Sequence record: OZ346175.1
From: a phage
Reading direction: 5' to 3' (one strand)
Length of the DNA: 64,000 nucleotides
Below are positions 38,365 through 47,148 of the stretch, in pieces. The translations under genes were made by a program, and so were the position numbers. Numbering within the stretch: the stretch's first letter is position 1; every line of letters begins with the position of its first letter. Under the pieces are notes generated by a model. It ran no database searches, was not told where the DNA came from, and worked only from the letters and a program-made list of their open reading frames with translations.

Positions 38365-38393
38365 TTGACAATAGAGTATCAACAAATTAGAAT
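38365..38393 (+). promoter_or_regulatory. sigma70-like promoter TTGACA-N17-TAGAAT
   Basis: -35 TTGACA 38365-38370, -10 TAGAAT 38388-38393, ~35 nt upstream of SSB gene. Confidence 0.55.
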
Positions 38394-38429
38394 TGGTACT
38401 CTTCATAAATTGAGATAGAGGTTTAAATA

Positions 38430-39287
38430 ATGTCTAAAGTTGTTAAAATGAAAGCTCCGGTAGAGAAGTACAACGGTACTGAACGTCAAACTCTGCGTTA
38501 CCTGCTGAAAGATGTCTGGTTTTATTACCTGAACACTTCACCACGTCCGGGAAAAGGTAAGTCTATTGATAAAAAATTCCCAGGAAAAGATTGTAACTAC
38601 AGCGTATCAATTCTGGCAGAAGACGGTAACAAACTCTTTAAAGAGTTTACTAAGTCTAAGAAAAATCCAGAAGGCTGGGATAAAGTTACTACTGAAGCAG
38701 TTGACGCAGATGACTTTGAAGAGAAGTTTGGTTGTAAGCCACCTTTTGAAGCAGACACTTACTACATCTTGAAAGTAAGTCGTGCAGCAGCTTATAAAGA
38801 TGGTGCTGTATGGACAGCTAAACAGTCATTCCCTGTAATGCTGATTGAAGAAGTGAATGGTAAGCGTGTAGCTGTTAAGCAGCCGATGAAGAAAATCAAA
38901 GCTCAAGCATCTGATAAACATGAAGATGACAAGAACTATGATGTAATTCATCCAGATATCGCAGTTGGTAACGGTTCTTTTGGTAGTGTGATTCTTTCTA
39001 CTCACTTCTACACTTTTGAGAACAATGTTCTGACAAAACCTATTCAGGAACAGTTTATCATCGATACCCTTGTACCTTACACTGGTGGTAACGGTGCTAA
39101 TGGTGAACCTGAACTGGATGAAGATGAACTGGCTATGCTTGGTCTTGATGGTGTCGAAGATAACGGTGAAATCACTGAAGAAGACGCAACAGACCATAAA
39201 TCTTCGAATGATTCTGATGATGGTGATGATGAAGATTTGCCAGACCCAGATGACGAAGAAGATGAAGACTTCGATACAGAAGACTAA
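38430..39287 (+). CDS. single-stranded DNA-binding protein (T7 gp2.5-like) with acidic C-terminal tail
   Basis: 285 aa; highly acidic C-terminus DEDLPDPDDEEDEDFDTED; position between primase-helicase and 5'-3' exonuclease. Confidence 0.55.
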   Translation: MSKVVKMKAPVEKYNGTERQTLRYLLKDVWFYYLNTSPRPGKGKSIDKKFPGKDCNYSVSILAEDGNKLFKEFTKSKKNPEGWDKVTTEAVDADDFEEKFGCKPPFEADTYYILKVSRAAAYKDGAVWTAKQSFPVMLIEEVNGKRVAVKQPMKKIKAQASDKHEDDKNYDVIHPDIAVGNGSFGSVILSTHFYTFENNVLTKPIQEQFIIDTLVPYTGGNGANGEPELDEDELAMLGLDGVEDNGEITEEDATDHKSSNDSDDGDDEDLPDPDDEEDEDFDTED

Positions 39288-39305
39288 TCTCTAAAAGTTA
39301 CTTTA

Positions 39306-39333
39306 AAGCCCTGTACTTAGTATGGGGCTTTTT
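39306..39333 (+). terminator. rho-independent terminator
   Basis: AAGCCC-loop-GGGGCTT hairpin plus TTTTT. Confidence 0.55.
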
Positions 39334-39349
39334 CATATGGAGAGCCATA

Positions 39350-40396
39350 ATGGAGAAGTACACATTAACAAAGCTTCCCGATTCAGTTACACATGTCTTT
39401 ATTGACTCTGACAGTATTGCCTATAAAGGTGCTTGTGTAGTTGAGAAAGCAAAATATAAATATGTCAATAAACTCACAGCAGAAGAATCTGATTCGTTTG
39501 ATAATGCGAAAGATGCTGCAAGATGGTTAGCAGACCAGAGAATCCTTGTGGAAGAACTTGGCCTGACATTTGATGAAGATGAATGGGAAAGACAGACTTG
39601 GAAAGAAGCTAAGAGTGAAAAAGAAGCTATCATGGCTACTCAACAGGTTCTTCAGGAATGGCTTAAGGTTGTTGGTAAAGAGAGAACTTGGGTAGGCTAT
39701 TTAACAGAGAAAGGTGTGCATAAGCATAAAGACATTAAAGGTCTTGAGCACCAATATCAAGGTAACCGTAAAGATGCTGTCACACCAACACACTTAGTTG
39801 CTTGTCGTGAGTATCTTCTGTCAAGACCAGAGTTCAAACTAATTCTTGATGGATTTGAAGCCGACTCTATCGTTATTGCTAAAGCTGAAAAGATGGGTAA
39901 AAAGGCTGCCTTAATGAGTATTGATAAAGACCTTCGCCAAGCTGAAGGGACTTACTGCATTGATATGACCTATGAAAAGTCACCTTTGATTTTCATTGCT
40001 GATAACAACGTTGGTGAAATTTGGGATTGCCCAATAAAATCGACACCAAAAGCTAAGAAGACAGTTGGGGTAGGTTTTAAATTTCTTTGTTACCAAGCTG
40101 TGGCTGGTGATAATGCTGATAATTATTTTGGTTTAAAGGGCGTTGGTAAGGCTACTGTAATGAAAGCTCTTGAAGGTAAAACCACCTACAAAGAGTGTCT
40201 TGATGCAATTTATGAGCTTTATGCTAAGAAAGAGTCATACACTTATGTCTCGTGGGATGGTCAAACAATTACCAGAACACCTTTAGAGTTAATGCAGCAA
40301 CACTTTTTCTTAGCTTATCAGGAAAGAAACAAGAAAGACGATTTTACTTTTGATAAGTATGGGTGGACACCAAATGTTAACTCAACAAACTCTTAA
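39350..40396 (+). CDS. 5'-3' exonuclease / flap endonuclease
   Basis: PIN-like N-terminus (VFIDSDSIAYKGA), H3TH-like GLKGVGKATVMKAL. Confidence 0.7.
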   Translation: MEKYTLTKLPDSVTHVFIDSDSIAYKGACVVEKAKYKYVNKLTAEESDSFDNAKDAARWLADQRILVEELGLTFDEDEWERQTWKEAKSEKEAIMATQQVLQEWLKVVGKERTWVGYLTEKGVHKHKDIKGLEHQYQGNRKDAVTPTHLVACREYLLSRPEFKLILDGFEADSIVIAKAEKMGKKAALMSIDKDLRQAEGTYCIDMTYEKSPLIFIADNNVGEIWDCPIKSTPKAKKTVGVGFKFLCYQAVAGDNADNYFGLKGVGKATVMKALEGKTTYKECLDAIYELYAKKESYTYVSWDGQTITRTPLELMQQHFFLAYQERNKKDDFTFDKYGWTPNVNSTNS

Positions 40397-40865
40397 AGAG
40401 TACCTACATTATGACCCCGAAACAGGGGTCTTTACTTGGATTAAGAAATCTGCTAGACACACAAAAATTGGCTCTGTTGCAGGTACAAACTTAAGAGGGT
40501 ATACCAGAATTTATTTGTTTGGTAAGGGCTATTATGCACATACCCTAGCCGTTCTGTATATGGATGGATACCTACCTGAGTGTGTTGACCATAAAAATCA
40601 TGTAACACTAGACAATCGCTGGGTAAATCTTAGGGCATGTACGTTATCAGAGAACCAATGTAATAGGTTGCTCAATAAGAACAATAAATCAGGTGTTAAA
40701 GGTGTGTACTACAAAAAACAGTATGGTAAGTGGTCTACACAGATAACTTTTAAGAAGAGGGTCTACTTCTTCGGCAACTATGACACTATTGATGAAGCAG
40801 CAGAGGTTGTAAATAGGGAACGTCAACGTTTACACAAAGAGTTTGCTAATAAAGGTGATGAATGA
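40374..40865 (+). CDS. HNH homing endonuclease with AP2-like domain (paralog of 29976-30503)
   Basis: Shared N-terminus with paralog (LKEYLHYDPETGVFTW), HNH segment VDHKNHVTLDNRWVNLR, AP2-like SGVKGVYYKKQYGKWSTQI. Confidence 0.8.
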   Translation: MLTQQTLKEYLHYDPETGVFTWIKKSARHTKIGSVAGTNLRGYTRIYLFGKGYYAHTLAVLYMDGYLPECVDHKNHVTLDNRWVNLRACTLSENQCNRLLNKNNKSGVKGVYYKKQYGKWSTQITFKKRVYFFGNYDTIDEAAEVVNRERQRLHKEFANKGDE

Positions 40866-41362
40866 GAAAAATAAAAGGTTTTGGCAATTGCCCTGAATAT
40901 GGACATTGGGTTTCACTATGTGGTGAAGTTGACCCAGCAAAGCACTTTGGTTTTGTCTACCTAGTGTACTGCAAAAAGACTGGACAGTACTATTTGGGTA
41001 AGAAACAGTTTAACAGTGTGACCAAAAGAAAAGTTGCTGGGAAGACTCGGAAGAAGATAGTCACTAAGGAAAGTGATTGGATGACTTATGAGACTTCTTC
41101 TGAGTATATTAAAAAAGATATTGAGAGTTTTGGAAAAGAATTTTTTGACTTTTACATTATTCAGACCTACTACACAAAAGGTGGCCTAGCCTATGGTGAA
41201 GCAAACCTTCAACATAAATTCGATGTAATGACAAAAAGGATTGACTCTAAGCTCAGACTCTTCTACAATGCCAATATTGCAGCAATTAAGTTTATCACTA
41301 AAGAAACTTATGAAGATGCTGAAAAAAGAATCCATAAGGTCATGAAAGCAAATTGTGCTTGA
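40862..41362 (+). CDS. GIY-YIG domain protein (putative nuclease)
   Basis: GFVYLVYCKKTGQYYLGKK resembles GIY-(X10)-YIG motif. Confidence 0.45.
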   Translation: MRKIKGFGNCPEYGHWVSLCGEVDPAKHFGFVYLVYCKKTGQYYLGKKQFNSVTKRKVAGKTRKKIVTKESDWMTYETSSEYIKKDIESFGKEFFDFYIIQTYYTKGGLAYGEANLQHKFDVMTKRIDSKLRLFYNANIAAIKFITKETYEDAEKRIHKVMKANCA

Positions 41363-41368
41363 TAACTA

Positions 41369-41632
41369 TTGAGAGAGAATAAAATGTTTAACAAAAGTAA
41401 AGCTGTGAGTCATGTAGCAAAAGTTGACAGCAAGATTGAAGAACTTGAGCGCGTTCTTACAAATGCCAGAGAGTCAATAATTAAAGAGGTTGAAGCTGTT
41501 GAATCTCAAATGCAGCACCTAATGCTTAAACGTCAAGAGCTACGTGAGCATCTAGAATATATTGAAACACGAGAGCTAAAGGTTAACAAATATTTTAAGG
41601 AGTCCGAATGTTTAACTCAAGAGAATCAGTAA
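41369..41632 (+). CDS. hypothetical coiled-coil protein
   Basis: 87 aa ORF. Confidence 0.45.
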   Translation: MRENKMFNKSKAVSHVAKVDSKIEELERVLTNARESIIKEVEAVESQMQHLMLKRQELREHLEYIETRELKVNKYFKESECLTQENQ

Positions 41633-42363
41633 AAAACTGGAACCTTCGTTGTGGAAACACTCAAAAGCAACCTTACAGTGATGAGTATTGGGAATCTTTA
41701 AAATCTCAATCTCTGTGTATGCTTGAAGAAGCAAAAGAGCTTGTAAAAGCAATTGAAGAGAAAGACCCCATTGAGACACTGGATGCTCAGGCAGATTTGC
41801 AATATGTTCTTGACGGTTTGATTTACCTGTCACAACATGACCATAACGGTGCTATGAAAGCTGTTTGCCATAATAATGACCTGAAATACACAGATGACTA
41901 TGAAGAGGCTTTAAAACGTCTTGCAGACATTGAAAAGCGTACTGGTCAAGAGTGTATTATCAGAATGTCAGTAGTTGATGGTAAAGAGTGGTATGCGATT
42001 GTTCGTGCAGCCGATGGGAAGATTATGAAGCAATCAAATCTCCCTAAAGTACAGCTTGGTGAATACATTGTAGAACTTGAAAGCCAAGAACTTTTTGTGG
42101 TAGTATCTGAGACATGCGTTATCTGCAAAGGTATTGTAGGTAGCTTAAAGGATTTGGGTGTAGATGGTTTTGTAGAAGTTAATCCAATTACCTCTAAAGC
42201 AGATAAAGACTTCTGTAAAGAGAACGGACTATGGATTGCAGATATTGTCTACTATGATGGTGAGCAGTTCCATGTAACCTCATACCCGAAACTGAATTAT
42301 GATGCTAATAACCTGAAGTGCTGGTTAAAAGGGGTTGGTTATAATGGATTCACAGAACATTAA
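41608..42363 (+). CDS. MazG-like nucleotide pyrophosphohydrolase domain protein (putative)
   Basis: LEEAKELVKAIEEKDPIETLDAQADLQYVLDG resembles MazG EExxE...D motif; SD TAAGGAG. Confidence 0.4.
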   Translation: MFNSRESVKNWNLRCGNTQKQPYSDEYWESLKSQSLCMLEEAKELVKAIEEKDPIETLDAQADLQYVLDGLIYLSQHDHNGAMKAVCHNNDLKYTDDYEEALKRLADIEKRTGQECIIRMSVVDGKEWYAIVRAADGKIMKQSNLPKVQLGEYIVELESQELFVVVSETCVICKGIVGSLKDLGVDGFVEVNPITSKADKDFCKENGLWIADIVYYDGEQFHVTSYPKLNYDANNLKCWLKGVGYNGFTEH

Positions 42364-42667
42364 TAAAGAAGGCGTGGCTCAAAAGAGCCACTTCTCAAAC
42401 TACAATATCTCTATGACGGTGTTTATGAATGACCCGTTACTTGAGAAGTATGGTGAGACTCCAGATACACTTCTGGATAATGAACAAGTTTTAAAAGCAG
42501 TTCTGTACAAATACGGGATTGATATTGAGAAAGAGTATTCTTTTGAAATCTGCCAACACAGAAATACTTTCGGTAAAGTTGTGATGGCTCCGCTCTTTAT
42601 GGGTGTAGAAAGGACTGACTATGGTTGGTTGTATCTGAAAAGAAACTTGGAGAAATACCGTGTCTAA
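42344..42667 (+). CDS. hypothetical protein
   Basis: Start set at ATG 42344 (track uses TTG 42335). Confidence 0.45.
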   Translation: MDSQNINKEGVAQKSHFSNYNISMTVFMNDPLLEKYGETPDTLLDNEQVLKAVLYKYGIDIEKEYSFEICQHRNTFGKVVMAPLFMGVERTDYGWLYLKRNLEKYRV

Positions 42668-42995
42668 AGCAAAAAAGCTATCTTATGATGACATTATCTC
42701 AGGTGCTAAGTTAGGTGTTGATAGTATCGGACAAGATGTTAAGCACGGAGACACAGTCATGTACTGTGATGACCGAAGAGGTAGAAGTGCAATCTTGTTT
42801 GGAAGAATTGTTTGCAAGATGAGAGGTAATTACGTTGTTGCAGACATGGATGTGAACGTTACACAAAAACTTGAAGCAATTATGGATGCTAGCGCACCAT
42901 CATGGTTCCTAAATTGTATGCACACCTCGTCAGTCACAAAAGTAAGTGATAAGTTTTACGATATGTGGCAGAATGAGCAAATTTTCAAGATTTAA
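42660..42995 (+). CDS. hypothetical protein
   Basis: 111 aa ORF. Confidence 0.45.
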   Translation: MSKAKKLSYDDIISGAKLGVDSIGQDVKHGDTVMYCDDRRGRSAILFGRIVCKMRGNYVVADMDVNVTQKLEAIMDASAPSWFLNCMHTSSVTKVSDKFYDMWQNEQIFKI

Positions 42996-43000
42996 ACTAG

Positions 43001-43024
43001 GGAGCCTCTTCGGAGGCTCTTTTC
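43001..43024 (+). terminator. rho-independent terminator
   Basis: GAGCCTC-TTCG-GAGGCTC hairpin plus TTTT. Confidence 0.65.
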
Positions 43025-43041
43025 ATCTGTAGGATTCAAAA

Positions 43042-45276
43042 ATGATTAAGACAATTAAAAAATCAAACGGTACAGTAGTAAACTTTGACCCAGAAAGACT
43101 GAATAAGTGGGCATCATGGGCAGATAAGCGTGGGATTATCTGGTCAGAAGTCACTATGGAAGCTATGAAACGTGTCTATGAAGGTTGCACTACAAAAGAG
43201 ATGCACCAAGCCATGATTGATGTTTGTGTTGATAAACAAACTCAAGAGTACTCAGACATGGCTGGACGGCTACTTCTGGGGATTATCTACAAAGAAGCCT
43301 TTGGAGGCTTTACTAAGGTTCCTATGCTGGTTACCTTCGTTAAAAATATGGAGAGAGCAGGACTTTGGGAGAAGATGGATTATTCACAGGAAGAGCTTGA
43401 ATACCTGCAAGGTTACATCGTACACTCAAAAGATATCTCTTACGGTTATGCAGTCTTGAAACAGTTCAGAGACAAGTATGGTATCCGTGATATTAAAACG
43501 GGAAGACTTTTTGAGTCACCACAATTTATGTTTATGGGTATGGCTATGAAAGCTTTTGAGAAGCAACCAAAGCACCGTAGACTGCAAGATGTTATCAAGC
43601 TGTACACTTATCTATCTGACCTGAAGATTAATGCTCCCACACCTTATTTAAACGGTTTAAGAGCTACTAAATCAGGTTATGCGTCATGCTGTTTGATTAA
43701 GGCGAACGATACTGCTGAATCTCTAGGTATTGCTGCAAAGGTTGCCTATGACATGACCACAAAGCAAGCTGGTATTGGGATGCTGATGGAGACTCGCACT
43801 ATTGGTGATGGCATCCGTCAAAATACTATTGAACACATGGGTAAGCTGCCTTATTATAAGCTTGTACGTTCATCTGTAGAGGCAAACAAACAGAAGAGTC
43901 GTGGTGGTTCAGCTAATAACTTCTACACTGCTCTAGACCCGCAGATTGAAGATTTACTGCGTTTGAAGCACCCTACAACGGTTCCTTCTAAACGTATTAA
44001 TGAGATGGACTACTCATTCGGCACAAACGATTATTTCTGGCAGTGTGTTCAGTATGATACAGATTGGTTGCTATTCTCTTACAAAGATGCACCAAAACTC
44101 TATGACATGTTCTACACAGCATCTGCTGATGAGTTTGCTATGGCAGTTGGTCACGCAGTACATACAGGAGTTAAGCACAGACGAGTAAAGGCTCGTGAAA
44201 TTGCTAAGCTGTTTATTCAACAGCGTTATGCTACAGGTCGTGTGTATCCATTCTTCACTAACAATGCAAACACACATACACCATTTAAAGAACCATTGAA
44301 GATGTCAAATCTTTGTATGGAAATTGTATTGCCAGTGTATGGTTTTGAGAAAGAGACAGACCTTTACAGAGACGATGCTGTGAAAGAGGATGGTGAGGTG
44401 GCTCTTTGCTTCCTAGCTAGTTTGGTTGCAGGGAGAATTTCAGAAGATGAATACGCTGACGTTGCTTATTATGCTCTTGCAATGGTTGACTCCGTTATTG
44501 ACCTTATGGATTATCCGTATCCGTCGATGTGTAACCATGTTCAGAAGCGTCGTTCTGTTGGGATTGGCCTTACAAATGTGGCTCATTACCTTGCGAAGAA
44601 CTACGTGAACTACTCTTCACGAGCAGGTAAAACGAAACTTCATGAACTTGCAGAGATGCACTCTTACTATCTGCATGAAGCCTCTCTGAGACTTGCTAAA
44701 GAGCGTGGCGTTCCAGAGTACATGAAGTTCACTAAGTATCCTGAAGGCTGGGTTCCTCCAAAGACAGCTAACAAGAAGATTGATGAAAAGCATGATGCAA
44801 AACTACGATATGATTGGGATGACTTAGCACAACGTATCAAAGAAAATGGTGGAATCCGAAACTCTGTATTAGAAGCTTACATGCCTAATGAGAGTTCTTC
44901 ACTAGCAACTAATACGACAAACGGCTTGTACCCAATTCGTGACTTTATTTTAACTAAAAAGTCTGCAACCGGTAACGTACTGTTTATTGTTCCAGATTAT
45001 GAAGAACTGAAGTATGTCTATGAAATTGCTTGGGATATTGACACCTTTGATATGATTGATTGTTATGCAATTGTTCAAAAGTTCACTGGTCAGGCTATCT
45101 CTTCAGACTTCTATGTTGACTATGCAAAGTCTAAGAAGGTATCATTGGCTCAAGCTTTGAAGTACATGATTTATGCCAACTCGGTAGGTATGAAAACCAT
45201 GTACTACCTTAACAGTCGCATTGGTGTAGGTAAATCTGCACTGCAAGATGCTTATTGCGAGGGTTGTGGTGTTTAG
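43042..45276 (+). CDS. nrdA: ribonucleoside-diphosphate reductase alpha subunit (class I)
   Basis: N-terminal ATP-cone-like region, active-site NLCMEIVLP, C-terminal cysteine pair YCEGCGV. Confidence 0.9.
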   Translation: MIKTIKKSNGTVVNFDPERLNKWASWADKRGIIWSEVTMEAMKRVYEGCTTKEMHQAMIDVCVDKQTQEYSDMAGRLLLGIIYKEAFGGFTKVPMLVTFVKNMERAGLWEKMDYSQEELEYLQGYIVHSKDISYGYAVLKQFRDKYGIRDIKTGRLFESPQFMFMGMAMKAFEKQPKHRRLQDVIKLYTYLSDLKINAPTPYLNGLRATKSGYASCCLIKANDTAESLGIAAKVAYDMTTKQAGIGMLMETRTIGDGIRQNTIEHMGKLPYYKLVRSSVEANKQKSRGGSANNFYTALDPQIEDLLRLKHPTTVPSKRINEMDYSFGTNDYFWQCVQYDTDWLLFSYKDAPKLYDMFYTASADEFAMAVGHAVHTGVKHRRVKAREIAKLFIQQRYATGRVYPFFTNNANTHTPFKEPLKMSNLCMEIVLPVYGFEKETDLYRDDAVKEDGEVALCFLASLVAGRISEDEYADVAYYALAMVDSVIDLMDYPYPSMCNHVQKRRSVGIGLTNVAHYLAKNYVNYSSRAGKTKLHELAEMHSYYLHEASLRLAKERGVPEYMKFTKYPEGWVPPKTANKKIDEKHDAKLRYDWDDLAQRIKENGGIRNSVLEAYMPNESSSLATNTTNGLYPIRDFILTKKSATGNVLFIVPDYEELKYVYEIAWDIDTFDMIDCYAIVQKFTGQAISSDFYVDYAKSKKVSLAQALKYMIYANSVGMKTMYYLNSRIGVGKSALQDAYCEGCGV

Positions 45277-45289
45277 TTTTAATAACTAT

Positions 45290-45309
45290 GAGGGTCGTAA
45301 AAGACCCTC
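45290..45309 (+). other. stem-loop without U-tract between nrdA and downstream ORF
   Basis: GAGGGTC-GTAAAA-GACCCTC inverted repeat. Confidence 0.4.
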
Positions 45310-45331
45310 TAAAAATAACTTTGGAGAGACC

Positions 45332-45589
45332 ATGAAAGATTTAATAGAAAAACATGAGCGACCTATATACTTGCTCCACAAGCCTCGGAAAACGATGTAC
45401 TATGTGAGTAGCACAGACATGATGATAAAACAAAAGGATGACTCATGGGTTGCTGGTATATCTTACATCTCTACAGCAGATGGTAAAATCTACGCAAGAC
45501 CTTATGAGATGTTCAATGAAGAAAATTGGGAAGTTTTAGACAGAAAACAAGCCTTAGAAATGATAAAGAAAGGAGAAATCACACTATGA
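45332..45589 (+). CDS. hypothetical protein
   Basis: Start set at ATG 45332; stop overlaps nrdB start (ATGA). Confidence 0.45.
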   Translation: MKDLIEKHERPIYLLHKPRKTMYYVSSTDMMIKQKDDSWVAGISYISTADGKIYARPYEMFNEENWEVLDRKQALEMIKKGEITL

Positions 45590-46659
45590 TTAACCAGTAC
45601 CCAATCTTTTTAGGCGGTGAGAGAAAAACTTTTGACTCACTTAATAAGCACTACCCAAAAATCTTTGAACTTTATAAACAACAAAAAGCACAAGACTGGT
45701 CAGAAGATGAGTTCCCTTTTGAGCAATCACGTCTTGATTTTGAGAGTGTGCCAGCATCAATGTCAGGTGTAATGCTTGAGATTCTTAAGTGGCAGTGGGA
45801 AGCAGATACCCAAGTTGCTAAGAGCTTGGCATTCGCCTTTGCACCATTCATCTCTGATGATATTTATGCAACTGCAATTATGAAGCAGTCTGAGATTGAA
45901 AACCTACATGCTCTAACTTACTCGGAGATTGTAAGGCAATGTATTAAAAATCCTGAAACAATCTTAGATGAGATTAACCAGAACGTTGCTGTACAAGACC
46001 GATTAAAAACTGTGAATCGTGTTCTTGAAGAATTACTAGATGAAGGTATAAACTACCGACTGAGTTATGTCCGTGGCTCACTTCTGGACAAAGACCCTTT
46101 ACACTTCCATAAAGTGATTCTGAAAGGTCTATTTGCAGTGACTGCACTGGAAGGTATATCTTTTATGGCATCCTTTGCATGTACTTTTGCACTTGATGCT
46201 CAAGATAAATTTCAGGGTATTGCTCAAGCGGTACAGAAAATTATGCTTGACGAAATCCTTCACACTAAAATTGATATTGAAGTTTTAAAAGAAACTTTAA
46301 GAGATGATGAGTGGCAGAAAGCTTTTCAACAAATTCTTCCAGAGATTAAAGTAATCTTAGATGAAGTAGTTGAAAGTGAAGAGAAATGGTCGTATTATAT
46401 CTTCTCCGAAGGACGTGCTGTAGTTGGCTTAAATACAAAGCTTCTTCATGAGTGGGTTTACTATAATGCTGCCCCGCTGTATGACATGTTTGGCATTCAA
46501 AGAGATTTTGTAGCTCCTAAAGAACCACCTTTGAAGTACATGATTAAGAAGATGGAAATTGATAAAGAGCAGAATGCTAATCAGGAGCAACAGAACGGTG
46601 CGTACCTGTTGAATACTGTTGTAGACGATTTGAATAGTGGATTTTTAGAGGTTCCTTAA
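45586..46659 (+). CDS. nrdB: ribonucleoside-diphosphate reductase beta subunit (class I)
   Basis: Ferritin-like diiron segment LEGISFMASFA; start set at ATG 45586 with AAGGAG SD (track start 45526). Confidence 0.8.
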   Translation: MINQYPIFLGGERKTFDSLNKHYPKIFELYKQQKAQDWSEDEFPFEQSRLDFESVPASMSGVMLEILKWQWEADTQVAKSLAFAFAPFISDDIYATAIMKQSEIENLHALTYSEIVRQCIKNPETILDEINQNVAVQDRLKTVNRVLEELLDEGINYRLSYVRGSLLDKDPLHFHKVILKGLFAVTALEGISFMASFACTFALDAQDKFQGIAQAVQKIMLDEILHTKIDIEVLKETLRDDEWQKAFQQILPEIKVILDEVVESEEKWSYYIFSEGRAVVGLNTKLLHEWVYYNAAPLYDMFGIQRDFVAPKEPPLKYMIKKMEIDKEQNANQEQQNGAYLLNTVVDDLNSGFLEVP

Positions 46660-46901
46660 TGACTTATGTAATTTACTCCAAAACTGGATGCCCTCAGTGT
46701 GAGACTGCAAAGAATTTTGCAAAAGTTCGTGGTATTGACCACGTTGTGAGAATGTTAGGGCAGGATTATGAGCTATCAGACCTGATGGATATTGCACAGA
46801 TGCCAGTTCGTCAGATGCCATTCATCATGAAAACTGATGGACAAAACCTAAAACCTGTTGGTACGCTACAGAATTTTATGGCAGAGGTGAATAATGCTTA
46901 A
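46659..46901 (+). CDS. glutaredoxin/NrdH-like redoxin
   Basis: CPQC active site in SKTGCPQCETAK; 80 aa; adjacent to nrdAB. Confidence 0.7.
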   Translation: MTYVIYSKTGCPQCETAKNFAKVRGIDHVVRMLGQDYELSDLMDIAQMPVRQMPFIMKTDGQNLKPVGTLQNFMAEVNNA

Positions 46902-47100
46902 ACGCCTTTGGGAAGGTTTGGTTGTTGATGCACCAGCTATTGTGATTGGTATGCTTATTGTTAACCTATTTACTGACTTTGAACAAGGTTCATTGTTTGG
47001 AGCCATGTTACTATGGGTTATCTTTGAAATATTAGAGATACAGTTAGGTATCACTGAAAAACTAAGAGAACTCTTTGCGAAGTTTTCTAAAAAGATTTAA
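46894..47100 (+). CDS. small membrane protein
   Basis: 68 aa with hydrophobic helices. Confidence 0.4.
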   Translation: MLKRLWEGLVVDAPAIVIGMLIVNLFTDFEQGSLFGAMLLWVIFEILEIQLGITEKLRELFAKFSKKI

Positions 47101-47106
47101 AATGAA

Positions 47107-47129
47107 AGGGTCTCTTCGGAGACCTTTTT
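47107..47129 (+). terminator. rho-independent terminator
   Basis: GGGTCTC-TTCG-GAGACC hairpin plus TTTTT. Confidence 0.65.
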
Positions 47130-47148
47130 AGCATGTAAAGGGGCAATA

